Of a DNA stretch of 64,000 nt, positions 1 through 9,737 are shown one piece after another (position 1 is the first letter of the stretch; each line of letters begins with the position of its first letter). The notes under the pieces were generated by a model. That model did no database searches. It was not told the origin of the DNA and saw only the letters and a program-made list of their open reading frames with translations. Position numbers and translations under genes: made by a program. Origin of the DNA: Candidatus Latescibacterota bacterium (lineage in GTDB: Bacteria > Latescibacterota > UBA2968 > GCA-2709665); contig OZ244937.1 in the NCBI GenBank assembly GCA_965222075.1, forward strand, positions 1,920,001 through 1,984,000. The letters run 5' to 3'.

Positions 1-11
1 TCCTGCGTTGC

Positions 12-971
12 CTATACCCCGCCCTCCTGATCCTGACGGAACAGACCCAGGAAACGATCTTCATACAAGCTGTACAGGTTCCACCGATCCAGTTCCTTTT
101 TGAGCTGGGCTGCCTTCTCTTTAGAACGTCCGTCCTCTACCTCCAGGAAGAGCCGTTCGATCTTTTCCATCACATACTGCGGTACCTTCTCCTCGTCGAC
201 CTCTTCCAGCCCATCCTCTTCGGTCTCCTCCCATTCCATGCTCGAAAACGTCGTCCGGATCTTCTCCTCAATCTCGTCCATCGTCCCCTCCATCTGCTCA
301 ACCGCGTCGTCTATCTCCGCCATATCGATCCGCACCCCGAGAAGACGCTCAAAGACCCGGACAATTTCCCGGGACGCCTTTGGATTGGGCATCATCTGTG
401 CGTACAGGGGCATCGTGGCCATCAAACATGCGGCCTGGATCTTCCTTATCCCGGCAAATCCCAAAAGGAGCCCGTTCAAACCCGAAATCTGGCCCTCCCG
501 CAGGATCTCAACCCCGTGAGGAACAAGGGCATCTCTCAGGGTCTCCCGGTTTGCCGCCCCCATAACCTGGACCGTTTCCCTGTGGCTGATCGACATCGCC
601 TGCGCCGCAGCCGTATAGATGGTCTCGACCTTCAGGTGTTCTGCAAAGTCCAGAATCTGGCTCATCAAACGAATCCCGCCCGTCCCCCAAATCTGTGCCT
701 CGCTCTCGAAGATCACCAGCCCGGGATCCTGCACGTAGTAGAACACATGGGAGGGCAGATCCGTGAAAGACCTGGCGATCCCATTTTCCACCACAACCGC
801 TTCCGGCGTAAAATACTCGCTCATATCCACCTCGGCGAAGGGTACGCCTTCCAGCTTCCTGCGCAGGTAATCCAGCGCCCCAACCCCCACACTCCCCATC
901 CCCGGCCACGCCGCCAGCAGAATCGGGGACTCGCTTTCACCTGTAATATCCCGATGGATCTTCAGATTCAT
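12..971 (-). CDS. PAC2 (proteasome assembly chaperone) family protein
   Basis: N-terminal 'LLAAWPGMGSVG', 'GQISGLNGLLLG' and 'PNPKAS' motifs typical of the PAC2/PNP-like fold. ATG at 971 has a GGAGGAGG RBS (979-986); the ORF-track start at 995 is probably too long. Confidence 0.8.
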   Translation of the reverse strand: MNLKIHRDITGESESPILLAAWPGMGSVGVGALDYLRRKLEGVPFAEVDMSEYFTPEAVVVENGIARSFTDLPSHVFYYVQDPGLVIFESEAQIWGTGGIRLMSQILDFAEHLKVETIYTAAAQAMSISHRETVQVMGAANRETLRDALVPHGVEILREGQISGLNGLLLGFAGIRKIQAACLMATMPLYAQMMPNPKASREIVRVFERLLGVRIDMAEIDDAVEQMEGTMDEIEEKIRTTFSSMEWEETEEDGLEEVDEEKVPQYVMEKIERLFLEVEDGRSKEKAAQLKKELDRWNLYSLYEDRFLGLFRQDQEGGV

Positions 972-1149
972 TGGGATGCCTCCTCCCATCGTCAACCAGA
1001 AATTTTCAGATCATCAGTGTCCATAATCTTACGCTAAAATATATCACAAAAGGTCCAAAATCCAATATATATCAACACACCGGTTGCAAGTTGTGGGTTT
1101 TCCTCCTTCCCTCAATCCTTTCGGCTTCAACCCGGAACGCATACGCTTT

Positions 1150-1968
1150 CTACCTCAGTCCCAGTTCCCGCAGTGTTGTATCTATCATTCCAAAAGCGAT
1201 CCGGGCCTTCTCCATTCGCATGTGCGGAGAGGTCTCAACCGAAATATACCGGTCGTAGCCCACCTTGCCCAGCGCCTCTGCGAAGCAGCGAAAATCCAGC
1301 TGGTCACCCTCCTCTCCGGGAATCAAGAATTGGCTGTAGGGATACATACCCTGCACGCCCTTCACATGACAGTGTACGGTAAGCGGGCCCAGCTGCTCTG
1401 TTGTGGCAGCGATATCGGCACCCAGATGGTAGAAATTGGTAATATCGTTCAGCAGCTTCAAATGCACAGATCCCACGTGGTGAATCAACAGCGGCACCTT
1501 GTTGGGCGAATCGATAATATTCGATTCGTGATTGTGAATATTCATCGTCAGCCCCAGTTCACCGGCTCGCTTACAGAGTGGCTTTAAGACCTCAACCAGC
1601 ACCTTCCAGGCGTGGGGGTCTCCTTTTTTCGACCACCCGCTCAAAAAATTGACCCCGGCGGCCCCCAACTCCACGGCCACATCCTGCAGCAGGTTGTAGA
1701 ACCTGATCGCGCCGTCCATGTCCTCATCGGCCATCGCCATCAGATTGGGCACGGTAAATGGATTGATCACTGCAACCTTCAGCCCGTGCTCGGCCACCAT
1801 CGCCTTCACCTCCCGCAGCAGGCTGTCGGTCACCTCTCCGGAGGGGATGTGTGCGTCCGGGCCGCACATCATCTCGATCCCGTCGTAGCCCACCTCGCCC
1901 AGGATCTTCACCACATTCTCCAGGGGCTGGTCCTGCATCCCTCCCGCATGGTACGAAATTCCGATCAT
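1150..1968 (-). CDS. Sugar phosphate isomerase/epimerase (xylose isomerase-like/AP endonuclease 2 TIM barrel)
   Basis: 'GYDGIE', 'NIHNHE', 'LLNDITN', 'HCHVKG' and 'GYDRYISVE' motifs; 4-nt overlap with the upstream gene. Confidence 0.8.
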   Translation of the reverse strand: MIGISYHAGGMQDQPLENVVKILGEVGYDGIEMMCGPDAHIPSGEVTDSLLREVKAMVAEHGLKVAVINPFTVPNLMAMADEDMDGAIRFYNLLQDVAVELGAAGVNFLSGWSKKGDPHAWKVLVEVLKPLCKRAGELGLTMNIHNHESNIIDSPNKVPLLIHHVGSVHLKLLNDITNFYHLGADIAATTEQLGPLTVHCHVKGVQGMYPYSQFLIPGEEGDQLDFRCFAEALGKVGYDRYISVETSPHMRMEKARIAFGMIDTTLRELGLR

Positions 1969-3068
1969 GCCTCCTCCTTCCCGGCCCGGAGTCGCTCCAG
2001 CGGATGCGACCGGTCCGCCGGCGGAAATGGCACCCGGGCGCCTGTAATTTGCGACTCGTAAGCTCCCAGGATCATCTCTAAGGCCGCCAACCCATCACGC
2101 CCGCTCGAAATCGGATCCCGGTCCTCCTCGATCGCCTCGATCAGGTCCAGAATGGCCAGCCGGTTGCCGTCTTCCAACTCGTCCATCTCCAGAGACAACA
2201 ACTCCCACTGCTGCGACCTGTCTTCCGGCGCCCAGAGACCGTAGGGATAGATGACAACCCTGGACGCAGCGCTTCGGAAGTACAGCCGGCCCTCCCGGCC
2301 CACAATCTCCGTCCCCATGGGTCCCGGCTCTCCTCCCGGGTGATTGGCCCTGGAACTGAAAAAACCGGACACGCCGCTGTGGAACGCAAAATAGCTATTG
2401 ATACAATCCCCCGCCACCAAGTAGCACGGCTCGTACCCTTCGTGCACATCCGCTGCCTCGATGTCTCGGCCCGCTGTGGTCACATGCGCAGACATCCAGG
2501 CCACATCGCCTGTAAAAAACCGCATCATATTGAACAGGTGCGTGCCCAGTACCATCATATCTTCCCCTCCACCCCGGTGATCCTGACTGCCCTGTGTATA
2601 CATCGCCTGCACCTCCCCGATCCGTCCCTCCTCCAGCAGGCGTTTAACTGCGTGAATCTGCGACAGATAGACCCCCTGGTGCGCCACCGCCAGCTTCACG
2701 CCCGCCCGATCCGCGGCAGCCACCATCCGGTCGCCGGCTTCCAAACTTGGAGCAAAGGGCTTCTCGCAATAAACGTGACACCCCGCCTCCACGCAGGCGG
2801 TCACCATCTCCTCGTGGCAGTCCACCCACCGGGGACAAACAATCGCGACATCAAGATCCTCTACCTTTAGCATCTCCCGGTAATCGGCGTAGGTCCGCTC
2901 CGCACCGGTCTCTTCCGCCGCCTGGCGTCTGCCTTCCTCGTCCGGATCGGCCACTGCAACCAGATCGGCTCGTTCCACCCCAATCGTGCTCTTGTGGAGC
3001 CTGTGGCCAAAGCCCCCTCCCCCGGTCCTGCCGATTGCCCCTACACGGTAGGTTCTCTCTTCTGACAT
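1965..3068 (-). CDS. Gfo/Idh/MocA family oxidoreductase (copy A)
   Basis: N-terminal Rossmann fold, 'HVYCEKP' and 'GTHLFN' motifs; AGGAG RBS. Confidence 0.9.
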   Translation of the reverse strand: MSEERTYRVGAIGRTGGGGFGHRLHKSTIGVERADLVAVADPDEEGRRQAAEETGAERTYADYREMLKVEDLDVAIVCPRWVDCHEEMVTACVEAGCHVYCEKPFAPSLEAGDRMVAAADRAGVKLAVAHQGVYLSQIHAVKRLLEEGRIGEVQAMYTQGSQDHRGGGEDMMVLGTHLFNMMRFFTGDVAWMSAHVTTAGRDIEAADVHEGYEPCYLVAGDCINSYFAFHSGVSGFFSSRANHPGGEPGPMGTEIVGREGRLYFRSAASRVVIYPYGLWAPEDRSQQWELLSLEMDELEDGNRLAILDLIEAIEEDRDPISSGRDGLAALEMILGAYESQITGARVPFPPADRSHPLERLRAGKEEA

Positions 3069-3101
3069 AGCCTCTCCTCTGCTAATGATTTTCGGTTGGG
3101 C

Positions 3102-4190
3102 TCAAAAAAGCGTCTCCAGCGGATGTCTCCGGTCCGCAGCTGGAAAGGTCACCCTGGCACCGATGATCTGCGACGCGTAGGCCCCCAGAATCATCTCCAG
3201 GGCCGCCACCGCGCTCCGCCCGCTGGATAGGGGATCCCGGTCCTCCTCTATGGCGTCGATCAGGTCCAGAACGGCAAGCCGGTTTCCCTCCCCGAGTGCG
3301 GCCGTCTCCAGAGACAGCAACTCCCATTGCTGCGACCTGTCTTCCGGCGCCCAGAGGCCGTAGGGATAGACCAGCGCCTCCCCCGAACCGCCGCCTCTCA
3401 GCGCCATCCGTCCTTCCCGCCCCACAATCTCCATGCCGTAGGAACGGCCTTCTCCCGGCTGATTCACCCTCGAATCGAAAAACCCCGACACCCCGTTTTG
3501 AAACGCAAAATAGCTGTTGATGCAATCCCCCGCCACAGGCCCGATCGGTTCGCGTGCTTCCCGCACGTCATCCGGTCCGATCTCACGCCCCTCTGCGGTC
3601 ACGTGCGCAGACATCCAGGCCACGTCGCCCACGAAAAACCGCATCGTGTTGAACAGGTGCGTGCCCAGCACCATCATATCTTCTCCCCCACCCCGGCGGC
3701 TGTCCTGTTTGCCGTGGGCGTAAACCGCCTGCACCTCTCCGACCCGGCCCGCCTGCAGGAGACGCTTCACCTCCTGAACCTGTGGCAGATAGACCCCCTG
3801 GTGCGCCACCGCCAGCTTCACCCCCGCCCGGTCCGCTGCGGCCACCATCCGGTCCCCCGCCTCCAAGCTTGCCGCCATCGGCTTCTCGCAGTAAACATGG
3901 CACCCCGCCTCCACACAGGCGGTCACCATCTCCTCGTGGCAGTCCACCCACCGGGGGCCCACGGTGACAAGGTCCAGCCCCTCCTTTTCCAGCATCTCCC
4001 GATAATCGGCGTAGGTCCGTTCTGCACCGGTCACCTCCGCTACCTTCTGCCGCCCGGCCTCGTCCGGATCGGCCACCACCACAAAATCGACCTGCTCGGC
4101 TCCCAGAAAGCCCAGGTGGAGACCGTGGCCGTAATCGCCGCTTCCGGTCCGGCCAATGGCTCCCGCTCGGTACCGTTTCTGCTCTGACAT
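3102..4190 (-). CDS. Gfo/Idh/MocA family oxidoreductase (copy B, tandem paralog)
   Basis: 'HVYCEKP' and 'GTHLFN' motifs; collinear with and highly similar to 1965-3068. Confidence 0.9.
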   Translation of the reverse strand: MSEQKRYRAGAIGRTGSGDYGHGLHLGFLGAEQVDFVVVADPDEAGRQKVAEVTGAERTYADYREMLEKEGLDLVTVGPRWVDCHEEMVTACVEAGCHVYCEKPMAASLEAGDRMVAAADRAGVKLAVAHQGVYLPQVQEVKRLLQAGRVGEVQAVYAHGKQDSRRGGGEDMMVLGTHLFNTMRFFVGDVAWMSAHVTAEGREIGPDDVREAREPIGPVAGDCINSYFAFQNGVSGFFDSRVNQPGEGRSYGMEIVGREGRMALRGGGSGEALVYPYGLWAPEDRSQQWELLSLETAALGEGNRLAVLDLIDAIEEDRDPLSSGRSAVAALEMILGAYASQIIGARVTFPAADRRHPLETLF

Positions 4191-4199
4191 AACGCCTCC

Positions 4200-5246
4200 T
4201 CACGAATTCAGGATCACGCCCAGCGCCTCGTTGGGACGCTGGATCAGATCTTCACAGGCATCGGGCGCCTCATCGATCGGCGCCCGGTGGGTGATCAGCG
4301 GCTCCACCACCAGCTCCCCGTCATCCATAAACCGCAGGCATTCCTCCAGATTGCGCGTCGTCGTCCAGGGCACAAAGACCGGGGGATAATCCGCTCCGTG
4401 TTCCCAGGCCTCGTCGTGGTACCCGGGCCCCGTCCGGGCCGCACTGCGCACATCTAAGTTGCCCAGCGCAGCGGCAAACATATGCTCGATCTTCGCCCCT
4501 CCCACAATCACGATCCGTCCCATCCTGTGCGTATCGGGCGCCTGCTTCATCATCTGCACGAGGGTCTTGAACGCCTCCGTCCCATCTCCTCCAAACGCGA
4601 TAATAGCGGCATCTACTCCGTAGCCCCGTGTAAACATCCTGGAGACCGCCACGGGGTCTTCTTCGTCTATGTTGATGGTCCGGTGGGGGCCTGTCTTCTG
4701 CGCCCGTTCCAGGCGCATCGGCAAACGGTCCAGCGCCATCACATGACACCCCGACAGCCGCGCCCACTGGCAGGCGAGCTGTCCCACGGGGCCCACGCCC
4801 ACCACAGCCACGTGCTCGCCCAGCTGCACCTCCGCCCTGCGGATCGCGTTGAGCGCCGTCGCCGCTAAGCAGCTGAACGCCGCGTGGTCGAACGACACCC
4901 CCTCAGGCACCGGAACCGCCATATTCCTGGGCACGCAGGCGTGGGTCGCATGCTGCGCATACCCCCCGCCCATGCACGCCATCCGCGTACCAATCGCGAT
5001 ATCCTCGCACCCCTCGCCCTGCCCGATCACCACCCCGGCATTCCCATAGCCGAAAGCCCGGGGCGGACCGTCCGAAGGATTTTTCCTCCGGCCCATCACC
5101 CCGCCCAGTTCGGTCCCCGGGCTGATCAGGCTCGCCTTCACCTCCACCTGCACCTGTCCCGGCTGCGGCTGCGGAATCGGCTCCTCTTCCACCGAAATCC
5201 TGCCTCCCCCGTCAATCGCAACCACCTTCCGCATTCCCTCTGCCAT
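4200..5246 (-). CDS. Medium-chain dehydrogenase/reductase (zinc-binding ADH-like family)
   Basis: GroES-like N-terminal domain 'SLISPGTE...GYGNAG', Rossmann 'VVGVGPVG', C-terminal 'PLITHR'. Confidence 0.85.
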   Translation of the reverse strand: MAEGMRKVVAIDGGGRISVEEEPIPQPQPGQVQVEVKASLISPGTELGGVMGRRKNPSDGPPRAFGYGNAGVVIGQGEGCEDIAIGTRMACMGGGYAQHATHACVPRNMAVPVPEGVSFDHAAFSCLAATALNAIRRAEVQLGEHVAVVGVGPVGQLACQWARLSGCHVMALDRLPMRLERAQKTGPHRTINIDEEDPVAVSRMFTRGYGVDAAIIAFGGDGTEAFKTLVQMMKQAPDTHRMGRIVIVGGAKIEHMFAAALGNLDVRSAARTGPGYHDEAWEHGADYPPVFVPWTTTRNLEECLRFMDDGELVVEPLITHRAPIDEAPDACEDLIQRPNEALGVILNS

Positions 5247-5311
5247 CTTCGCATCTCCTTATTTCTGCGTGTTGACCAATAGGCCTGTTCTCTCTCAGCC
5301 ATTCCGCAGCC

Positions 5312-7315
5312 TCAATACCACTTGTGCACCGTGTGGCCCTGCTTGCCGAACCAGACGGCGTCCACAACCAGGCCGGTCGCCGTAGCCAGGATGTAGGCGA
5401 CGAGCACACCGATGAAAAACGGCCTGGATTTTCGGTAAAAAGAGGCCCCCACGAGTTTGAGCAGAATAAACTTGGTCAGCCAGGCCAGAAAGAGCGTAAA
5501 ACTCGTCAACCGCGTCAGCCAGGCACCGGACAGGGCGAACCCCACCGGATGGAACGGCCACCAGGCAAAGCGGAAGCGCATGATGTTCAAAAACGTCATA
5601 AACACGGCACCGGCCAAGAAGAACCAGTAATCGGCCGCCTCCATCGCTTCGGGAGAGATGATATCGTTCACCGCCCGCTGGTACCCGCCCGCCCCTGCCC
5701 GGATAATCAGCCAGTTGGGCTGAAAATTGTACCCCCCGATCGTGTAACCCAGCCAGATCGTGAACAGCGTGGAGGCCACAATACCCAGCACGAAGGCCGC
5801 GTACACGCCGCCGAAAAACCGCCGCTTGCCGCCGGAAATAAAGTCGCCCAGGCGGTTGATATGCGTACCCACAGAAAACGCAAACCCCCGGAAATGGTTG
5901 ATGGCGACCGATGCCGGGTAAAGAATTGCGTGGGACGCGGCGGAGATCGCGCTTGCCCCCCCAAGCGCCGCCGACGCGAGATTCCACGCCGACGTGGGCG
6001 ACCCCACGTAGATGTGCCCCGAATCGGCCAGAATCTTGGCCACCCCGAAGTAGACCAGAAACATGGTCGGAAGCAGGACAAAGATCACGGTCACATCCAT
6101 CCCTGCCTGCCAGAGCCACGCAACAACGTAAAGACAGGAAACCCCCAGGCCCAGAAAAGCCGCCCGGTAGGAAAGCAGCTCCCCGCTGTCGTCAACAGGC
6201 GACTCCTTCGGACGGAGGGCCTTCATAAAGGCGTCTCGCAGGTGTCCCCGGGACACCAGCAACCACCAGATGGCCAGGGCCACAAACGCGCCGCCCGTCT
6301 GCCACCGGTAACGCCCGGCCATGTAATTGGGCGAAATCGCCTCCACGCCCAACCGGTTCAGAATACCCCCCTCAAAAATGAACAGCAAATCAAAGAACCA
6401 GAGGCTGAAAAGCACCTCCAGGCTGGCAAAATAGGAAAAGCAGATCACCACCACACTCAGAAAAATCCACTGCGGGGGAAACTGCCGGCCCAGCGAAATC
6501 CAGGTTCCCTGCGCTGTGGGAAAGGTCGGAAAGGTGGGATAAAACCAGGCGATGATATTCCACCCGAAAACAAAATAGGTAATCGCAAACCCAACCCAGA
6601 ACGCCTTCCCCTGCATAAATTCCGGCAGCGTGCGCTGTCCGCTGCCCGCATGGGAGGTCATCTCCACAATCGGCTCCATAGCTGGATAAACGATCTTCTC
6701 GTGCTCGGACCACTGCCGATGAATAATAATGGCCGCGCACAAGCAGGCCAGCGCCACGGCGCTTACAAACGTGAACCACCAGAAAAGCGGCATCGCCCAG
6801 GCCTCCCAGGGAATCGGCACCCCCGCGGGCAGGCCGTCGTAAAACCAGGTCATCGCCCCGTCTTTGTTTGTGGGGATAATCCAGTCGGGCAGATAGGGAT
6901 GCAGAAATTCCACCCACCGGTTCTCGGGCGTTGCGAAATAATAGGGCGTAACAATAACGCCCACCAGGTACCCGCTCACCCCGTAGGTCGGCCCGAGCGA
7001 GCTGATAAATCCCATCGCGAAAATGGTAATCCACTCGCTCGGAGAAAAAACAAACGCTTTCCCCACCCACCGGCCCAGCGCAGAACAGACGATAATGGAC
7101 AGCAGCGAAAGAATCAGGTTGCCCATGGGCATGTGGCTGTACGCCATAAACGAGGCGTGCAGAATATAGCGAACCGTATTGCCCAGCACGCTGATGGCAA
7201 CCACCAGGCAGAGCCCAAAAATGATCGACCGGTACGTCACCCCCCGGTCTTCCAGGGGTTGCTCGAACGCTTCAGGAAGATGCGCCTGCACAGCCTGTGG
7301 AGGCGATTGGCTCAA
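5312..7315 (-). CDS. DUF6785/DUF6784-type polytopic membrane protein (OPT-like putative transporter)
   Basis: 667 aa with many hydrophobic segments; 'PYYFATPENRW', 'QWSEHEKIVYP', 'WWPFHPVGF' and 'RPFFIG' family motifs, shared with 35805-37769. Confidence 0.75.
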   Translation of the reverse strand: MSQSPPQAVQAHLPEAFEQPLEDRGVTYRSIIFGLCLVVAISVLGNTVRYILHASFMAYSHMPMGNLILSLLSIIVCSALGRWVGKAFVFSPSEWITIFAMGFISSLGPTYGVSGYLVGVIVTPYYFATPENRWVEFLHPYLPDWIIPTNKDGAMTWFYDGLPAGVPIPWEAWAMPLFWWFTFVSAVALACLCAAIIIHRQWSEHEKIVYPAMEPIVEMTSHAGSGQRTLPEFMQGKAFWVGFAITYFVFGWNIIAWFYPTFPTFPTAQGTWISLGRQFPPQWIFLSVVVICFSYFASLEVLFSLWFFDLLFIFEGGILNRLGVEAISPNYMAGRYRWQTGGAFVALAIWWLLVSRGHLRDAFMKALRPKESPVDDSGELLSYRAAFLGLGVSCLYVVAWLWQAGMDVTVIFVLLPTMFLVYFGVAKILADSGHIYVGSPTSAWNLASAALGGASAISAASHAILYPASVAINHFRGFAFSVGTHINRLGDFISGGKRRFFGGVYAAFVLGIVASTLFTIWLGYTIGGYNFQPNWLIIRAGAGGYQRAVNDIISPEAMEAADYWFFLAGAVFMTFLNIMRFRFAWWPFHPVGFALSGAWLTRLTSFTLFLAWLTKFILLKLVGASFYRKSRPFFIGVLVAYILATATGLVVDAVWFGKQGHTVHKWY

Positions 7316-7377
7316 TACGCTCCCTCTGCGGGAAATCCCGTCCCTTCCGTAGTTTTTCCGTGGATTCCGTGGCGCTT

Positions 7378-8169
7378 CTAAAGCGCCACAATCTGCTTCA
7401 TCCGCTTCGCCATCTCAACCTGCACCTCCCGGTCTCCGCCCACCTCGTGGATCACATAGGAATCGTACCCGATCCCCCGGAGTTCCGCCATCACGCCAGG
7501 CCAGTCCGTATCCCCTTCCAGGAGATGCACAAACCGATGCTCCTTCCGGAGGAAATCCTTGAAATGCACCCGCACGATCCGGCCCCCCAGCCCCCGGATC
7601 CAGTGCTCTGGAAAACCGTAGGCCATCATATTCGCCGTATCCAGATACGTCCCCACCCACGGGCTGCTCACCGCATCCACGAACGCCGCCATCTCCCGGG
7701 GGCTCAACAGGAATTTGTTCCACACATTTTCAATCCCGATGGCCACCCCCGCCTCCTCGGCCGCCGGCGCCATCTCCCGCATCACCCCCAGCATCCCGTC
7801 CCACGCCTGCTCGTAGGTCCCCTCAGCCGTCAACTGCCCCGGGTGCAGGAGCACCGCGTCCACCCCCAGTACATGAGCGATCTCCAGAGACCGCGCCAGA
7901 TTCCTCTGCCCCTTTTCCCGCTCGCCCGCATCCAGGCTCAGCAAACTGCCGCGCTCTGCGTACTGGCTGATGGAACTGCCGATCTCGACCCCCACCTCAT
8001 CGCACCGCGCCCGCACCCCCCGAATCTCATCGTCGCTCATATTCACATCCAGATCGCGACCCTCCCCAAAAACAAGCTCCAGCGCCTCGTATCCCGCACC
8101 CTGGCAGAGCTGGAGCGTCTCATCCAGGGAATAGTTCCCCAGAATAATCTGCGTCACACCGATCTTCAT
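7378..8169 (-). CDS. Sugar phosphate isomerase/epimerase (hexulose-6-phosphate isomerase-like TIM barrel)
   Basis: 'IENVWNKFLLSP', 'YLDTAN' and 'VHFKDF' motifs; ATG at 8169 preceded by AGGAGGAGG. Confidence 0.85.
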   Translation of the reverse strand: MKIGVTQIILGNYSLDETLQLCQGAGYEALELVFGEGRDLDVNMSDDEIRGVRARCDEVGVEIGSSISQYAERGSLLSLDAGEREKGQRNLARSLEIAHVLGVDAVLLHPGQLTAEGTYEQAWDGMLGVMREMAPAAEEAGVAIGIENVWNKFLLSPREMAAFVDAVSSPWVGTYLDTANMMAYGFPEHWIRGLGGRIVRVHFKDFLRKEHRFVHLLEGDTDWPGVMAELRGIGYDSYVIHEVGGDREVQVEMAKRMKQIVAL

Positions 8170-8280
8170 ATTCCTCCTCCTTACCAGAATTTCCTCCAAA
8201 ACCTCCGGCACCAAACATAAGTGCTCCAGCCAAAAGATGCAAGCCATTCCGTCTTTTGTTGAAGACAGGGAAACCGGCGC

Positions 8281-8309
8281 TTGACATAGCATTGATGTTC
8301 AGATATATT
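8281..8309 (+). promoter_or_regulatory. Sigma70-type promoter TTGACA-17-TATATT
   Basis: Consensus -35, 17-nt spacer and near-consensus -10 in an AT-rich intergenic patch. Confidence 0.7.
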
Positions 8310-8363
8310 GAGAGTATTACAATTAGTATTAATATTTATCATACCAGGAAGGAGGAAAGACCC

Positions 8364-8462
8364 TTGGCTGTCCGCAAAATCGCCATCACCGTTCCCCCTG
8401 CAATCCTTCAGCGCATCGATGGATGGGCGGAAAAACTGAAGAAATCGCGGAGGCCCCGATGA
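8364..8462 (+). pseudogene. Truncated ribbon-helix-helix (CopG/antitoxin-like) gene, 32 aa
   Basis: TTG start after AAGGAGG. MAVRKIAITVPPAILQRIDGWAEKLKKSR matches the RHH strand, helix 1 and 'SR' turn, then stops before helix 2. Stop overlaps the next ATG (ATGA). Confidence 0.6.
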
Positions 8463-9730
8463 TAGTCAAACAGATCGAACTCATCTACCTGGATGTCCCC
8501 TTTACGCCTCACACCGACAAACACATCCAGTACTGGCTCCCCGCCTGGCGGATCTTCCAGATCTGCAAGCTCAGCCTGGACAACGGCCAGGTCGGCTGGG
8601 GCGAAACCCTCCACAACTACACCTGGTCACAGGTGCCGGAGGACATCGAGAAACGCGCGGTGGGCCGTCCCGCCGCCGAACTGATGTGGGACGACAGCCT
8701 GGGGGCCGGCGTGCAGATGGCCCTCTTCGACGCGGTGGCCAGGGCCCAGGGGGTGCCGGTCTACCGGCTGCTGGGCGCTAAAGTCAGAGACTGGTGCCCC
8801 ATCTCCTGGTGGAACATCGACATGCCCGCTAAGGACTGGGCCGAGGAGTGCCGGCAGGCCGTGAAAGCCGGCTACACGAGCGCCAAACTCAAGGCCCGTC
8901 CCTGGTTCGACCTCCACGCCGGCATCCAGGCCATCCGCAGGGTCGTACCCGCAGGGTTTCACCTGGACTTAGACTACAACGGCACCCTGGGCAACTCCGC
9001 CAACGCGGTGCCCCACCTCAAAGAACTGGAGGCCTACGAGCAGGTCGCCATGATCGAATCCCCCATCCCCCAGAACGATGTGGCCGGAAACCGCCAGATC
9101 CGCACCCGCTTCAACCGCCCCTTAGCCATGCACTACGGCAATCCCCCGATTATGACAGCCCTGGCCGAAGACGTCACCGACGGCTTCGTGCTCGGCGTGG
9201 GCACCTCCCGCCTCCTGCGCCAGGCCGCGATTTGCGAAGAGGCCAACAAACCCTTCTGGCTGCAGCTCGTCGGCAGCGGCATCACCACCGCCTGGGCCGC
9301 CCACATGGGCGCGGTCCTGTCCCAGGCCAAGTGGCCTGCCATCACCTGCATGAACGTCTGGCAGCACCCGTTGATTACACCCGGGCACGAGATCCGCGGC
9401 GGCTTCTACCGCGTTCCCGAAACCCCGGGCCTGGGCGTAGAGATCGACCAGGCGGCCCTCAAGCGCTATCGCGTCGACTACGACACCGTCGAAACCCCTC
9501 CCCACCTCTACCGGTACGTCCGGGCCAGCGGAGAGGTGACGTACTACGCCTGCGACCGGCAGGAACTCCACCAGGTCTACCCCTCAGACGCCCAGCCGAT
9601 CTCGGAGAAAGGCTCAACCCTGGAGGTTGTCCCGGACGACGGAAGCAGCGCCTTTCAGAAGCTGTATCGTGAAACGGTGCAGGCTTCGGTACGACGGGTC
9701 GAAAGGCGGCGAAAAAAGAGAGAGGCGTAA
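8459..9730 (+). CDS. Mandelate racemase/muconate lactonizing enzyme family (enolase superfamily)
   Basis: 'GWGET', 'ALFDAVARAQGVPVYRLLG', 'KLK', 'LDYN', 'IESPI' and 'PETPGLGVEID' motifs. Confidence 0.85.
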   Translation: MIVKQIELIYLDVPFTPHTDKHIQYWLPAWRIFQICKLSLDNGQVGWGETLHNYTWSQVPEDIEKRAVGRPAAELMWDDSLGAGVQMALFDAVARAQGVPVYRLLGAKVRDWCPISWWNIDMPAKDWAEECRQAVKAGYTSAKLKARPWFDLHAGIQAIRRVVPAGFHLDLDYNGTLGNSANAVPHLKELEAYEQVAMIESPIPQNDVAGNRQIRTRFNRPLAMHYGNPPIMTALAEDVTDGFVLGVGTSRLLRQAAICEEANKPFWLQLVGSGITTAWAAHMGAVLSQAKWPAITCMNVWQHPLITPGHEIRGGFYRVPETPGLGVEIDQAALKRYRVDYDTVETPPHLYRYVRASGEVTYYACDRQELHQVYPSDAQPISEKGSTLEVVPDDGSSAFQKLYRETVQASVRRVERRRKKREA

Positions 9731-9737
9731 GCGATAC

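Noticed and set aside
5324-7381. 685-aa plus-strand ORF
   Set aside because: Antisense shadow of the DUF6785 gene; Arg/Pro/His-rich with no motifs, as expected with high GC3.
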